A DNA stretch of 32,000 nucleotides from Thermodesulfobacteriota bacterium (lineage in GTDB: Bacteria; Desulfobacterota; WTBG01; JAGOGO01). The notes under the pieces were generated by a model. That model ran no database searches. It was given only the letters and a program-made list of their open reading frames with translations, and was not told the origin of the DNA. Shown here in pieces: positions 1 to 14,412 of this stretch; position 1 is the stretch's first letter, and each line of letters opens with the position of its first letter. The position numbers and the translations under genes were made by a program. The stretch is from contig CP113000.1 in the NCBI GenBank assembly GCA_026625185.1, forward strand, positions 2,682,651 to 2,714,650, given 5' to 3'.

Positions 1-858
1 AATTGCCCGCATCTGCGCAACGTCTTTTTGGGCTTCAGTTATAGCGGCGATCCCCGCCCACTGAACAAAGGCATTAGCGCTGATAAAAAAATTTTGCTGT
101 ATCTTCTGTATTGGCCGCACGAATTCTTTGGGGACAATCAGGTATCCTAAGCGCCATCCGGTCATGGCGTATTGCTTTGAAAATGACCCGACCACAAATG
201 CCTTATCAGTGAATTCTATAATTGAATGCTCCGGCGAGTCATAAACCAGGCCATGATAAGTTTCATCCGCGATCAGGTAATATCCGAGGCCAGCTAAGGC
301 GTTCATCGCTTCAGGCGAAAGGATACTTCCAGTTGGATTAGCCGGGGAATTTATAAGAATAGCTTTCGTACTCGGAGTCAGGTGGCGGGACACTTCTTCC
401 GGTTGGTACCGGAAGCCATCTTCCTCATGGACATTGACAAAGTTTACCGTTCCTCCCAAAAATCGGATAATATTTGGATAACAAGCGTAGTAAGGATTGG
501 TAAGGATGATCTCAGCACTGTTTTCCAGTATCGTGGAGAAAAGAAGAAAAAGAGCAGAAGAAGAACCAATTGTGATTATAATTTGATGCGGGCTGACTTC
601 TTTTCCGTATTTTGTTGCGTAGTATCCTGCCAGAGCTTCCCGGAGTTCAAATAATCCCAGGCTATGGGTGTATTTGGTCTTTCCTTCTCGGATTGCTTTT
701 ATGCAGGCATTTTTTATGCATTGCGGGGTTTCAAAATCAGGTTCACCCACTTCCAAATGGATTACTCTTTTCCCCGTTCTTTCCATCTCGTAAGCTTTTT
801 CTAAAACATCCATCACCAGGAATGGAGGAATATCGAGAGATTTTTTGGAGATTTTCAA
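1..858 (-). CDS. Class I/II PLP-dependent aminotransferase (AspC/AlaT-like); 3' end runs off the window
   Basis: Absent from the supplied ORF track because no stop lies inside the window. My own reverse-strand translation is open for 286 codons from TTG at 858, with GAGG 6 nt upstream. It reads MKISKKSLDIPPFLVMDVLEKAYEMERTGKRVIHLEVGEPDFETP...LINSPANPTGS...GSFSKQYAMTGWRLGY. The NPxNPTG and SxSK (PLP lysine) motifs are typical of fold-type I aminotransferases. Confidence 0.85.
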   Translation of the reverse strand, partial: MKISKKSLDIPPFLVMDVLEKAYEMERTGKRVIHLEVGEPDFETPQCIKNACIKAIREGKTKYTHSLGLFELREALAGYYATKYGKEVSPHQIIITIGSSSALFLLFSTILENSAEIILTNPYYACYPNIIRFLGGTVNFVNVHEEDGFRYQPEEVSRHLTPSTKAILINSPANPTGSILSPEAMNALAGLGYYLIADETYHGLVYDSPEHSIIEFTDKAFVVGSFSKQYAMTGWRLGYLIVPKEFVRPIQKIQQNFFISANAFVQWAGIAAITEAQKDVAQMRAI

Positions 859-1163
859 ATGAAACCTCGTTTTTTATTTTTCACAATAAAGAAAGGAATC
901 GTAATTTCGAATTTTTTTCTTATTATAACAAAGGTGAACTAAAAATCCATTTATTGATCAGTAAAAAGAATAAATGTCGGCATGAAAAAAATATTGGGCG
1001 GGATCCTATTTGGTGGTCGTTTAAATACGTCTCATGAGGTTAAATCTTTTGATTCAATAATTCCTTAATTGATTGAAAGCATTAAATTAAAATTTAAAAA
1101 AGAAGGTTTATTTTTTTAAATTAGAAAGCGTCATAGTTTTCATGCGATAATATAAGCTGTTTC

Positions 1164-1192
1164 TTGACTGAAAATCATTTTTTTTCTATAAT
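1164..1192 (+). promoter_or_regulatory. Putative sigma70-type promoter upstream of htrA
   Basis: TTGACT (1164-1169), a 17-nt spacer, then TATAAT (1187-1192), 147 nt upstream of the htrA ATG in an AT-rich intergenic region. Sequence match only. Confidence 0.4.
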
Positions 1193-1338
1193 TTTGATAA
1201 CAAATGGAAATTTAAAAATGCTCAATTCCTAAATGAGAGTAATTAGGGGGCGGTAAAATTTACTGGGGCGATTATTATTGTTACGGTTTATTGGTTTTTG
1301 CTTTTTAAGGTTAACTTTTTTGATGAAAGGAGTACGGA

Positions 1339-2820
1339 ATGAGAAATAGGTTACGAAAGATATCCCAACCGCTCGAATTAATTAAAACGGAATTTTTGCT
1401 TGGGCTGTGTTTATGTTTGGCAATTCTGATAATAATACCTCCGGCAACTAAAGGTTTTGCTTCAGAAAAAGATTTAGGTCTTAGTTCAGACCGTCCGTCT
1501 TTTGTTGAAATCGCCAAAAAAATTAACCCGGCAGTGGTAAATATCAGCACGGAAAAAATGGTAAAGGGATCTGATAACGTATTTCGTCATTATTTTGGGC
1601 CAGGGGGTCCGTCTCCCCGGGATTTTTTTGGTGATGATTTTTTTGATCGTTTTTTCGGAGAACAACCTGAAAAAGAGCATAAGGAAAAAAGTCTCGGTTC
1701 CGGATTCATTATCAGTAGAGATGGCTATATCTTAACAAACAATCATGTGGTAGAAGGGGCCGACAAAATAAAAATTCGTCTTGGAAATGAAAAGGAATAC
1801 GTGGGTAAGATTATTGGAAAAGACGAAAAAACTGATGTGGCCGTGATTAAAGTGGATACCAAGGAGAACCTTCCTTTTGTGACTTTAGGAGACTCTGATT
1901 TGTTGGAAGTCGGGGAATGGGTTATGGCTATCGGTAACCCATTTGGCTTAGAACACACGGTGACCGTAGGAGTGGTTAGTGCAAAAGGCCGAGTCATCGG
2001 AGCGGGCCCGTACGATAATTTTATTCAAACGGACGCCTCGATTAACCCAGGAAACAGCGGAGGTCCGCTTGTTAATACCAAAGGAGAAGTTATTGGTATA
2101 AACACCGCCATTGTTGCTCAGGCTAATGGTATTGGCTTTGCGATCCCGTCAAATATGGCAAAAGAAATACTTCCCCAGCTTAAAGAAAAAGGGCGGGTAA
2201 TACGTGGGTGGCTTGGCGTTATGGTTCAAAAGGTTACGCCTGAACTCGCCCAATCTTTTGGTCTGGCCGAGGGGCGAGGCGCCTTGGTTGCTCAGGTTCA
2301 GGAAAGCAGTCCGGCGGCCAAAGCCGGAATCAAAAAAGGTGATATTATAGTTAAATTTGATGGGAAAGAAATTAAGGAAATGGACGAGTTGCCGCGGATG
2401 GTAGCAGGAACACCAATAGGAAAAAATGTAGGAATTGTTATTTTCCGTGAGGGAAAAGAAATTACGGTGACGCTTACTATTGGGGAGATGCCCGAGGGAG
2501 AAAAAGAAGTTAACCTGTCGAAGAAAACTGAAAACAATTTAGGGCTGACGGTTAAAAATATTACTCCCGAACTGGCAAATCAACTTGGGCTTGCCGAGAA
2601 GGAAGGCGTGCTGGTGATCAGCATTGAACCAGGTGGACCGGCGGAAGACGTTGGAATAATGAAAGGGGATATTATTAAAGAAGTAAACCGGAAACCAGTA
2701 AAAAATGTGCGAGAATATTCAGAAGCGATCGGGAAAGTAAAGCCGGGTGAGAATATTCTTTTCTTTATTAAGCGGGGTGACGATTCTCTTTATGTGGTGT
2801 TAAATGCTGTTAAAAAGTAA
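1339..2820 (+). CDS. htrA: HtrA/DegP-family periplasmic serine protease with two PDZ domains
   Basis: 493-aa ORF with AAAGGAG 6 nt upstream. It has an N-terminal hydrophobic anchor and the trypsin-like triad motifs TNNHVV, DVAVIK and GNSGGPL, followed by two PDZ-like segments. Confidence 0.9.
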   Translation: MRNRLRKISQPLELIKTEFLLGLCLCLAILIIIPPATKGFASEKDLGLSSDRPSFVEIAKKINPAVVNISTEKMVKGSDNVFRHYFGPGGPSPRDFFGDDFFDRFFGEQPEKEHKEKSLGSGFIISRDGYILTNNHVVEGADKIKIRLGNEKEYVGKIIGKDEKTDVAVIKVDTKENLPFVTLGDSDLLEVGEWVMAIGNPFGLEHTVTVGVVSAKGRVIGAGPYDNFIQTDASINPGNSGGPLVNTKGEVIGINTAIVAQANGIGFAIPSNMAKEILPQLKEKGRVIRGWLGVMVQKVTPELAQSFGLAEGRGALVAQVQESSPAAKAGIKKGDIIVKFDGKEIKEMDELPRMVAGTPIGKNVGIVIFREGKEITVTLTIGEMPEGEKEVNLSKKTENNLGLTVKNITPELANQLGLAEKEGVLVISIEPGGPAEDVGIMKGDIIKEVNRKPVKNVREYSEAIGKVKPGENILFFIKRGDDSLYVVLNAVKK

Positions 2821-2830
2821 ATCTTAATAA

Positions 2831-4135
<1,305 letters not shown>

Positions 4136-4175
4136 CGTGACCAATAAATACAGCACTTTAATATATTAAAAAAAT

Positions 4176-4496
4176 ATGGAAACTCTTATTTCGCAACCAT
4201 CAAAATTAATTACTCTGGCGGACTATCAGGATGGTTCGGTAGTGAGCCGAACGATTATAAATAAGAAGACCGGAACAGTAACTTTCTTTGCTTTTGATGA
4301 AGGCCAGGGCTTGAGTGAGCACACCGCTCCCTTCGATGCTCTGGTTTATATTCTGGATGGGGAGGCAGAAATTACTATTTCCGGAAAGCCGGTTAAGGTG
4401 TTTGAGGGTGAGATGCTGATAATGCCCGCTCATCAACCCCATGCTTTGAAAGCAATAAAAAGGTTCAAAATGCTTTTAACCATGATAAGGGAATAA
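4176..4496 (+). CDS. Small cupin-domain protein
   Basis: 106 aa. Two cupin-like motifs are present (GQGLSEHTAPFDALVYILDGE and GEMLIMPAHQPHAL). Specific function unknown. Confidence 0.7.
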   Translation: METLISQPSKLITLADYQDGSVVSRTIINKKTGTVTFFAFDEGQGLSEHTAPFDALVYILDGEAEITISGKPVKVFEGEMLIMPAHQPHALKAIKRFKMLLTMIRE

Positions 4497-4499
4497 ACA

Positions 4500-5657
4500 A
4501 TGTTTCATGTCGCCACCGACGAAGAGATAAAATCCGGGAAGGTTACGGATGTATATTTTGTGCGAACCCTGGAGATACTTAAAGCTCGGGGAATAAACAA
4601 ACGGGTTGCGGCTGAGGTGTGGACCAAAGATTTACCCCTTGAATGGAGATGGGCGGTCTTTGCGGGTATTGAAGAAGGGGTTGAACTTCTTGCGGGTAAA
4701 CCGGTTACGGTTAATGGGTTACCAGAAGGAACCATCTTTCAATCCTATGAACCGGTTTTAGAGATTGAATGCTATTATCAGGATTTTGCTATTTTTGAAA
4801 CCGCTTTGCTCGGTTTTATCTGCCAGGCAAGCGGCATTGCAACTGCCGCCGCCCGATGTCGAAAGGCGGCCGGTGATAAACCGATGACCAGTTTCGGCGC
4901 TCGGCGGATGCATCCGGCAATTGCGCCGATGGTTGAACGTAGCGCATTTATCGGTGGTTGTGATGGGGTAGCGGTTGTAAAAAGCGCAGAATTTATCGGT
5001 GAAGAACCGGTCGGCACAATGCCTCATGCCTTGATTTTAGTTATGGGGGATACGGTGGAAGCTACCAAGGCTTTTCATGATGTTATTTCCAAAAAAGTGC
5101 CCCGAGTTTCTCTCATTGACACCTTTCACGATGAAAAGTTTGCGGCGTTGGAGGCGGCGGACGCTTTGGGAAAGGACCTCTTTGCCGTTCGTTTAGACAC
5201 GCCATCATCTCGTCGGGGTAATTTTTTAAAGATTATTGAAGAGGTGCGATGGGAGCTTGATTTACATGGTTTTGATCAGGTTAAAATTTTTGTAAGCGGA
5301 AATATTAATGAAAAAGCCATTCAAGAACTCTATCACCAGGTAGATGCCTTTGGAGTGGGAACGAGCATTTCTAATGCTCCGGTAGTTGATTTTTCTCTCG
5401 ACATAGTTGAAGTTGAAGGGAAGCCTCTATCAAAAAGGGGAAAACCCTCGGGGAGGAAAAAGCTCATAAGATGTCCTCACTGTTTTCAAACGAAAGTTAT
5501 TTCGCGACAAAATGTTCCCCCTCCATGTGAATGCGGCGCAGCAATGGAATCCTTAAATTCTCCCCTTATTGCTGATGGGGAGGTGGTGGGGAATCGTTCT
5601 CGACCTCAAAAAATAAGAGAATATGTTTTAAATCAATTACCCCATTTTTCTTTATAG
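4500..5657 (+). CDS. Nicotinate phosphoribosyltransferase, archaeal/Thermoplasma-type with C-terminal zinc-knuckle
   Basis: 385 aa with type II PRTase barrel-like sequence (GARRMHP, GTMPHALI, VRLDTPSSRRG, VSGNI, FGVGT). The C-terminal Cys cluster is CPHC...CECG. The solved Thermoplasma-type NAPRT has such a zinc-knuckle domain, as I recall it. Confidence 0.75.
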   Translation: MFHVATDEEIKSGKVTDVYFVRTLEILKARGINKRVAAEVWTKDLPLEWRWAVFAGIEEGVELLAGKPVTVNGLPEGTIFQSYEPVLEIECYYQDFAIFETALLGFICQASGIATAAARCRKAAGDKPMTSFGARRMHPAIAPMVERSAFIGGCDGVAVVKSAEFIGEEPVGTMPHALILVMGDTVEATKAFHDVISKKVPRVSLIDTFHDEKFAALEAADALGKDLFAVRLDTPSSRRGNFLKIIEEVRWELDLHGFDQVKIFVSGNINEKAIQELYHQVDAFGVGTSISNAPVVDFSLDIVEVEGKPLSKRGKPSGRKKLIRCPHCFQTKVISRQNVPPPCECGAAMESLNSPLIADGEVVGNRSRPQKIREYVLNQLPHFSL

Positions 5658-5686
5658 TTTATTTTTTTTCTTAGGGAAGGATAAAG

Positions 5687-6331
5687 ATGAATTGGAGGGA
5701 GCAACGTGAACAGATGGTTAAGCATCAACTTGTTTTGCGGGGGATTAAAGACCAGCGAGTTTTGGAAGCCATGCGGAAAGTCCCTCGGCATTTTTTTGTA
5801 CCGGAAAAGTTGAGCGAAAGCGCTTACCATGATGGGCCTCTTTCCATCGGGGAAGGACAAACGATTTCTCAACCGTATATGGTTGCTCTCATGACCGAAT
5901 GTTTGGGTTTAAAAGGCGGTGAGAAAGTGTTGGAGATCGGGACCGGATCCGGTTATCAGACCGCAGTTTTGGCTGAACTGGCGGAGCACATTTATACTAT
6001 TGAGCGGATCCCGATTTTATTGAAAAAGGCTCAACAGGTCCTTACCCGCTTGGGATACACGACGATCACATTTAAAGGAGGGGATGGTACGTGCGGGTGG
6101 GAGGAGGAAAGTCCGTTTGATGGGATTATTGTGACTGCCGGAGCTCCGGATATTTCTCCGGTGTTGGTTGAACAGCTCGATGAGGGAGGCGTATTAGTTA
6201 TTCCGGTGGGAACTCGGTTCTCGCAGAGCCTTTTTAAAGTGACTAAAAAAGGAGACAGGATCGAAAAGGAAAATTATACTCTTTGTGTTTTTGTCCCGTT
6301 GATTGGAATGCATGGTTGGAAAGAAAATTAA
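5687..6331 (+). CDS. pcm: Protein-L-isoaspartate O-methyltransferase
   Basis: 214 aa. It has the SAM-binding motif VLEIGTGSGYQTAVLA and the TISQPYMVA motif characteristic of Pcm. Confidence 0.9.
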   Translation: MNWREQREQMVKHQLVLRGIKDQRVLEAMRKVPRHFFVPEKLSESAYHDGPLSIGEGQTISQPYMVALMTECLGLKGGEKVLEIGTGSGYQTAVLAELAEHIYTIERIPILLKKAQQVLTRLGYTTITFKGGDGTCGWEEESPFDGIIVTAGAPDISPVLVEQLDEGGVLVIPVGTRFSQSLFKVTKKGDRIEKENYTLCVFVPLIGMHGWKEN

Positions 6332-6358
6332 TAACTAACGTTAATTTTTATTTTGTCT

Positions 6359-7338
6359 ATGAAAATTGATGCCGCTATTCTTATTGGAGACCGAGGAAAA
6401 TTTTTTCCGGTTCAAGGAGGGAATAAAAATTTTTTGGACTTGCATGGATTGCCCCTGTTTTTTTATTCCATAAAAGCTTTGGAGGAATCTCCGTATATCA
6501 ATAGAATTTTCATTGTGGGAGATCAGGCGCGAATTAAAAATACCATAGCCGGTCACAGTCGCGCTTTGAAGACCCCCGACAAGATTATTGCTTTGGAGCA
6601 GAAAAGGAATCTATTTGAAAACGTTTTTGTCGCTTTTGAGGAAGCCCTATCCGTAGAAAGAAAAAATAATCGGAGTGCGGAGTGGACGGGTGAAGAAAAG
6701 GCCATGCTTTATATGCCGGGAGACACTCCTCTGATTGCCGCGCAGGAAATTGATGAGTTCATCGAACAATGTGACGTAAATTCTATTGATTATTTTTTGG
6801 GTATGAGCACTGAAGAAGGTCTGAAGCCATTTTATCCCACGAAGAAAGAGCGGGGAATTAAAATGGCTTATTTTTATGTTAAAGGTAAAAAGTATCGTCA
6901 AAATAACCTTCATCTGATTAAGCCGTTTAAAATTCAAAACCGTCACTGCATTCAGAGGATGTATGACTATCGGTATCAGAAACAGGTTATATATTTTCTG
7001 AAACTACTTTTGGCGTTTTATCGTGCGCATTTACAAAGACGAGGGATATATTATTTTCTTATCCTCCACTGGAACCTTTTCCTTGCACGCATCGGCTTGG
7101 AAAGCTTAACCCCTCCTTTTCGGAGAATGATAAGTTTGGAAGGCATTGAAGAGGTGATAAGAAATTTTCTTGGTTGTCGGTTTAAAATAGTGGAAACTAA
7201 GCTTCCTGGCGCGGCTCTGGATATTGATAATGAAAAAGATTATGAAACCATGAAAATTCAATTTCATTTTTGGAGAGATTATCAGTCTGATCTTATCGAT
7301 GCCTTTCTGAAATCACGACTACCGATAGAGTCTGCCCA

Positions 7339-7342
<4 letters not shown>
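6359..7342 (+). CDS. MobA-like NTP-transferase domain protein with an uncharacterised C-terminal half
   Basis: The N-terminus (AAILIGDRGKFFPV...LHGLPLFFYSIKAL...MPGDTPLI) resembles the NTP_transf_3/MobA-like fold. The start is uncertain (track uses TTG 6353, ATG is at 6359). Its stop overlaps the next start as ATGA. Confidence 0.55.
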
Positions 7343-10259
<2,917 letters not shown>

Positions 10260-10366
10260 ACCGGTGATATTATATTTTTTATGGCGCTTGTTTTTTTACA
10301 AAAAAAAATGTTAAAAGACACTTATAAAAATAGAGCTGCGACTTAGATCACGAATCTGGAGATATC

Positions 10367-11095
10367 ATGAAAGGGATCATACTTGCCGGGGGGTTGGGAA
10401 CACGTCTTTTCCCTCTCACCAAAGTAACCAATAAACATCTTCTGCCGGTTTACGATAAACCCATGATCTATTATCCGATTCAAACCTTGGTGAACGCAGG
10501 GATTACTGATGTATTACTGGTAACCGGTGGAAACAGCGCGGGTGATTTTCTCCGGCTCATCGGAAACGGAAAAGAGCTTAAGCTTAAACACATTGAATAT
10601 ACCTATCAGGAAGGAGAAGGTGGGATTGCTCAAGCTTTAAGCCTGGCGGAAGAATTTGCGGATAACGGAAAAATTTGCATTATTTTGGGTGATAATATTA
10701 TTGAAAAAAATATCAACCGCGCGGTAGAAAATTTTAAAAAACAGGCAAAGGGGGCAAAAATTATATTGAAAGAGGTTTCGGATCCGGAGCGCTTTGGAGT
10801 CCCGGTTTTAGATGAAGATAGGATAATAGCGGTTGAGGAAAAACCGGAGGTTCCCAAGTCGAAGTTTGCGGTTATCGGGATTTATATGTTTGATAATACC
10901 GTATTCGATATTATCCGAACGCTCAAACCCTCTGAGCGTGGTGAACTGGAGATTACCGACGTAAACAATGCTTATATAAAGAGAGGGGATATGACGTATG
11001 AAATATTAGACGGCTGGTGGACGGACGCCGGAACTTTTGATTCGTTGCGAATTGCCACCAATTTAGTGGCCGAAACCGGTGCTAATAAAGTCTAA
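10367..11095 (+). CDS. rmlA: Glucose-1-phosphate thymidylyltransferase, short form
   Basis: 242 aa. It has the N-terminal GGLGTRLFPLT nucleotidyltransferase motif and sits first in an rmlACBD-like cluster. Confidence 0.75.
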   Translation: MKGIILAGGLGTRLFPLTKVTNKHLLPVYDKPMIYYPIQTLVNAGITDVLLVTGGNSAGDFLRLIGNGKELKLKHIEYTYQEGEGGIAQALSLAEEFADNGKICIILGDNIIEKNINRAVENFKKQAKGAKIILKEVSDPERFGVPVLDEDRIIAVEEKPEVPKSKFAVIGIYMFDNTVFDIIRTLKPSERGELEITDVNNAYIKRGDMTYEILDGWWTDAGTFDSLRIATNLVAETGANKV

Positions 11096-11111
11096 AAAGA
11101 GGATAAGCGCT

Positions 11112-11567
11112 ATGATCATGGGCGTCAAAACCAAACTGTTGAAGGTGTTCCCGGATGAACGCGGGCGTTTGATGGAAATGCTTCGGTCGGACGATGAAAT
11201 TTTTATGAAGTTTGGGCAGGTATATATGACCACCGCCTTTCCTGGGGTCGTGAAAGGATGGCATTATCATAAAGTGCAGTATGACAACATGGTAGTGGTC
11301 AAAGGCATGATGAAGATAGTTCTATATGACAGCCGCAATGATTCACCAACCCATAAAGAAGTAAATGAATTTTTTCTCGGTGATTACAACCCGCAGCTTC
11401 TGCAGATTCCTCCCTTGGTTTTTCACGGATTTAAATGTGTAAGTGAAAGTGAAGCGCTGGTTATCAACATACCTACCGAGGCATATAACTATTCTCTTCC
11501 TGATGAATACCGGGTCTCTCCCGATGATAATGATATTCCTTATGATTGGAATCGCAAGGACGGTTAA
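11112..11567 (+). CDS. rmlC: dTDP-4-dehydrorhamnose 3,5-epimerase family protein (short cupin form)
   Basis: The track ORF is 11079..11567. I prefer ATG 11112, 8 nt after AAGAGGA. It has an RmlC-like core (FPDERG...GWHYHK...DN) and lies between rmlA and rmlB. Confidence 0.7.
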   Translation: MIMGVKTKLLKVFPDERGRLMEMLRSDDEIFMKFGQVYMTTAFPGVVKGWHYHKVQYDNMVVVKGMMKIVLYDSRNDSPTHKEVNEFFLGDYNPQLLQIPPLVFHGFKCVSESEALVINIPTEAYNYSLPDEYRVSPDDNDIPYDWNRKDG

Positions 11568-11596
11568 CAATCATCCCTTTTGGCGGGAGAATGATG

Positions 11597-12625
11597 ATGA
11601 AAATTTTAGTAACCGGCGGCGCCGGTTTTATCGGGTCTAATTATATCCTTTTCATGCTGCAAACCTTTCCGGACGTTCAGATAACAAATGTGGACAAATT
11701 AACCTATGCGGGAAATCTGGAAAATCTTTCGGCAATTGAATGCAAGGATTCCTATTGTTCACGGTACCGGTTTATTAAAGGTGACATTGTTGATCGTATA
11801 TTGATTGATAATCTTTTATCGCAGGGGTTTGATGCGGTCATTAACTTTGCCGCGGAGTCGCATGTTGATCGCAGTATTGAAGAAGCGGGGATTTTTATCC
11901 GGACTAATGTTTTGGGCACTCAAATTTTATTAGAAGGAATCAAAAAATATAAGGTAGGCCGATTTATTCAGATTTCAACCGATGAAGTTTATGGCTCTTT
12001 AGGTCCCGAAGGAAAATTTACGGAAGAGTCGTATCTTAAACCGAACAGCCCCTATTCGGCAAGTAAAGCCGGCGCCGACTTGATCTGCCGGGCGTATTTC
12101 AAGACTTTTAGCCTTCCCGTCATTATTACTCGTTGCTCGAATAATTATGGCCCTTATCAATTTCCCGAAAAGGTTATTCCGTTATTTATTACTAATGCTA
12201 TCGAAAATATACCGTTACCGCTTTATGGTGATGGTCTTAATATCCGCGACTGGATTTATGTGGAAGACCACTGCCGAGCAATCGATCTGGTTTTGCGCAA
12301 AGGTAAAGTCGGTGAAATATATAATATCGGGGGAAATTGTGAAAGGACCAATATCACCATCACCCAAATGATTCTCGAAAAATTAAATAAACCAAAAACG
12401 CTCATTACGTTCGTGAAAGATCGTCCGGGACATGATCGCCGGTATGCAATTGCGGCCGATAAAATAGAAAAAGAAATAGGGTGGAAGCCGGCACACTCTT
12501 TTGAAACCGGAATAGATAAAACCATCACCTGGTATCTGAACAATAAATCGTGGTGGGAAAAAATTAAAAGCGGGGAATACCGAAACTATTATCACCAAAT
12601 GTATGGTAACCGCTCATCGTTGTAG
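11597..12625 (+). CDS. rmlB: dTDP-glucose 4,6-dehydratase
   Basis: It has the Rossmann motif MKILVTGGAGFIGS, the catalytic YSASKAG and DEVYG. The start is chosen 6 nt after GGGAGA; the track starts at 11546, and ATGs at 11591/11594 are also possible. Confidence 0.9.
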   Translation: MKILVTGGAGFIGSNYILFMLQTFPDVQITNVDKLTYAGNLENLSAIECKDSYCSRYRFIKGDIVDRILIDNLLSQGFDAVINFAAESHVDRSIEEAGIFIRTNVLGTQILLEGIKKYKVGRFIQISTDEVYGSLGPEGKFTEESYLKPNSPYSASKAGADLICRAYFKTFSLPVIITRCSNNYGPYQFPEKVIPLFITNAIENIPLPLYGDGLNIRDWIYVEDHCRAIDLVLRKGKVGEIYNIGGNCERTNITITQMILEKLNKPKTLITFVKDRPGHDRRYAIAADKIEKEIGWKPAHSFETGIDKTITWYLNNKSWWEKIKSGEYRNYYHQMYGNRSSL

Positions 12626-12669
12626 GGGCAGGGCAGGCTCTGCCCGACTTAATTTGATATAAATAAATT

Positions 12670-13515
12670 ATGAAAAAAATATTGATCATCGGCGCGGATG
12701 GCATGCTGGGGAGTGAGCTTTGTCGAACCCTCAAGGGAGAAAAGGTATGTATCGGCAGCACCATACAAGAACTGGATATCACGGATTATGACCGGACCAT
12801 CGAGACCATAAAAAGGCTTGAGCCTCAGGTGGTGATTAATGCGGCTGCCTTTACCATGGTTGATCTCTGTGAACAGGAAAAAGAAAAAGCTTTTGCCGTA
12901 AATGCGTTGGGAGCAAGAAACGTTGCCGTGGGATGTCGAGAAACAGGAGCACGGTGTGTTTACCTAAGTACGGATTACGTGTTCGACGGTAAAAAGGATA
13001 GACCGTATGCTGAAGCCGATCTTCCTAATCCCCTTTCCGTTTATGGATTATCAAAGTTTCAGGGAGAGAAGCATGTTGAAAAAAATTTAGACGATTATCT
13101 TATCATTCGGTCATCGTGGCTGTTCGGAAAACAAGGATCAAATTTTGTAAACACGGTTATAAAACTTTCCCGGGAAAAAACCGAACTAACGATGGTGAAT
13201 GATCAAAAAGGATCCCCCACTTATACTGCTGATTTGAGTCAGGCCATTTCGTTATTAATTGAAAAGGATTTGAAAGGGATTTTTCATGTAACTAATCGTG
13301 GCTGCTGTACCTGGTTTGAATTTGCGCAAAAAATCCTTGACCTCATCGGCAGTCCTATGAAGCTCATCCCCATCTCTTCCTCGCAATCTGGCCGAGCAGC
13401 GCAAAGGCCTTACAATTCAGTTTTAAATTCTGAAAAATTTATAAGGAAAACCGGCTTCATTATGTCTCATTGGCATGATGCCTTGGTTCGCTGTATCAAA
13501 ACTATGGATTTGTAA
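12670..13515 (+). CDS. rmlD: dTDP-4-dehydrorhamnose reductase
   Basis: 281 aa. It has GADGMLGSEL and YGLSKFQGE (YxxxK) and is the last gene of the rml cluster. Confidence 0.9.
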   Translation: MKKILIIGADGMLGSELCRTLKGEKVCIGSTIQELDITDYDRTIETIKRLEPQVVINAAAFTMVDLCEQEKEKAFAVNALGARNVAVGCRETGARCVYLSTDYVFDGKKDRPYAEADLPNPLSVYGLSKFQGEKHVEKNLDDYLIIRSSWLFGKQGSNFVNTVIKLSREKTELTMVNDQKGSPTYTADLSQAISLLIEKDLKGIFHVTNRGCCTWFEFAQKILDLIGSPMKLIPISSSQSGRAAQRPYNSVLNSEKFIRKTGFIMSHWHDALVRCIKTMDL

Positions 13516-13566
13516 TTTTTCCGAAGTCGGCTCGTGTACTGATTCAAAAATATCTTAACTTTATTT

Positions 13567-13615
13567 GTCATTCCGGGCTTGACCCGGAATCCAATGTTTT
13601 TTCTTGACGTTTTCA
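13567..13615 (+). repeat. Palindromic REP/MITE-like element, truncated copy
   Basis: The 27-nt core GTCATTCCGGGCTTGACCCGGAATCCA (13567-13593) differs from the copy at 30665 at a single position. It contains the hairpin ATTCCGGG/CCCGGAAT. The downstream part (to about 13615) is degraded relative to the 30665 copy. Confidence 0.7.
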
Positions 13616-13736
13616 TAGCTTAATATTAAAAAACAGAAAAAAATATCAACACCAAAAAAGATAAGGGACTGAAATGAACAGGGAGTCTTTAATGGAAAGA
13701 ATTTTCACAACTGATAAGAAGATACTATAATGCCGA

Positions 13737-13768
13737 ATCGCCTGATTGAAAGGCGATGGGCCTTTTTT
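13737..13768 (+). terminator. Putative rho-independent terminator
   Basis: Stem ATCGCCT (13737-43), 7-nt loop, AGGCGAT (13751-57), then GGGCCTTTTTT. A second imperfect AT-rich palindrome follows directly. It lies about 220 nt after rmlD. Confidence 0.4.
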
Positions 13769-14049
13769 CAATTTTGAAAAAGCCCATCACATTATAAAAT
13801 ATCAGTTTCGCTAATAAGGGCCCGGCAGGGGTGAGAAGCCCGGCAGATAATCTCTGATAAAAAAGTTGTCTTATATTGATCTGTATACGACGGTCGTTGT
13901 AACTACAGTTTTTTTTGTTGATTAACCGTAAATAATAAATAGGTGACATTAAATTCTAAAGTTAATTATAATTGTCTTATATCGCAATTCTTGCGTTGTT
14001 TAGAGTTTTAGTCGGGATACATATAATCCATGTTCGGCTTGAGAAAAAA

Positions 14050-14280
14050 ATGAAAATATTGATGGGCATCATAATCCTCCTATGTGGCATATATTCCGCT
14101 TATAGCGCCATCAAAAGTCTTACTGCTGGCAAAACAGAAGATCTCGAAGACGAGTTTCCACCTATCAAAAAGAGGAAGAATCCTATTAAATTCTATTTGT
14201 ATACATTGCCTTGCATGGCCGGAGGAATAGCAATGATAATATTTAGTATCATTATGCTGTGGGTTCAGATTGTTAACTAG
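14050..14280 (+). CDS. Hypothetical small two-helix membrane protein
   Basis: MKILMGIIILLCGIYSAYSAI...YTLPCMAGGIAMIIFSIIMLWVQIV has two hydrophobic stretches flanking a charged loop. There is no clear RBS and no family recognised. Confidence 0.3.
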   Translation: MKILMGIIILLCGIYSAYSAIKSLTAGKTEDLEDEFPPIKKRKNPIKFYLYTLPCMAGGIAMIIFSIIMLWVQIVN

Positions 14281-14412
14281 TAGCGAGGTTGCGACTCGAA
14301 AAATGATGGAAGCGAGATAAGCCGAACCGGCAAATGAAGCAGATGGCTCCGCCACGCGCTTATTTGCGACGTTGGGCGTTACAAAATATTCACAAGCAAA
14401 GGGGTAAATTAA

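Noticed and set aside
382-1037. Track ORFs 382..654 and 612..1037 on the + strand
   Set aside because: They lie antisense to, or out of frame with, a clearly recognisable aminotransferase gene on the minus strand (1..858). Their sequences are low-complexity with no family features, so they are shadow ORFs.
12627-12650. Short GC hairpin GGGCAG-GCT-CTGCCC between rmlB and rmlD as a terminator
   Set aside because: It has a 3-nt loop and no following T-run, and it sits inside an obvious operon. More likely it is incidental or an mRNA-stability element.
13725-13949. 74-aa minus-strand ORF in the rmlD downstream spacer
   Set aside because: It spans terminator-like palindromes, has no RBS or recognisable domain, and its composition looks intergenic.
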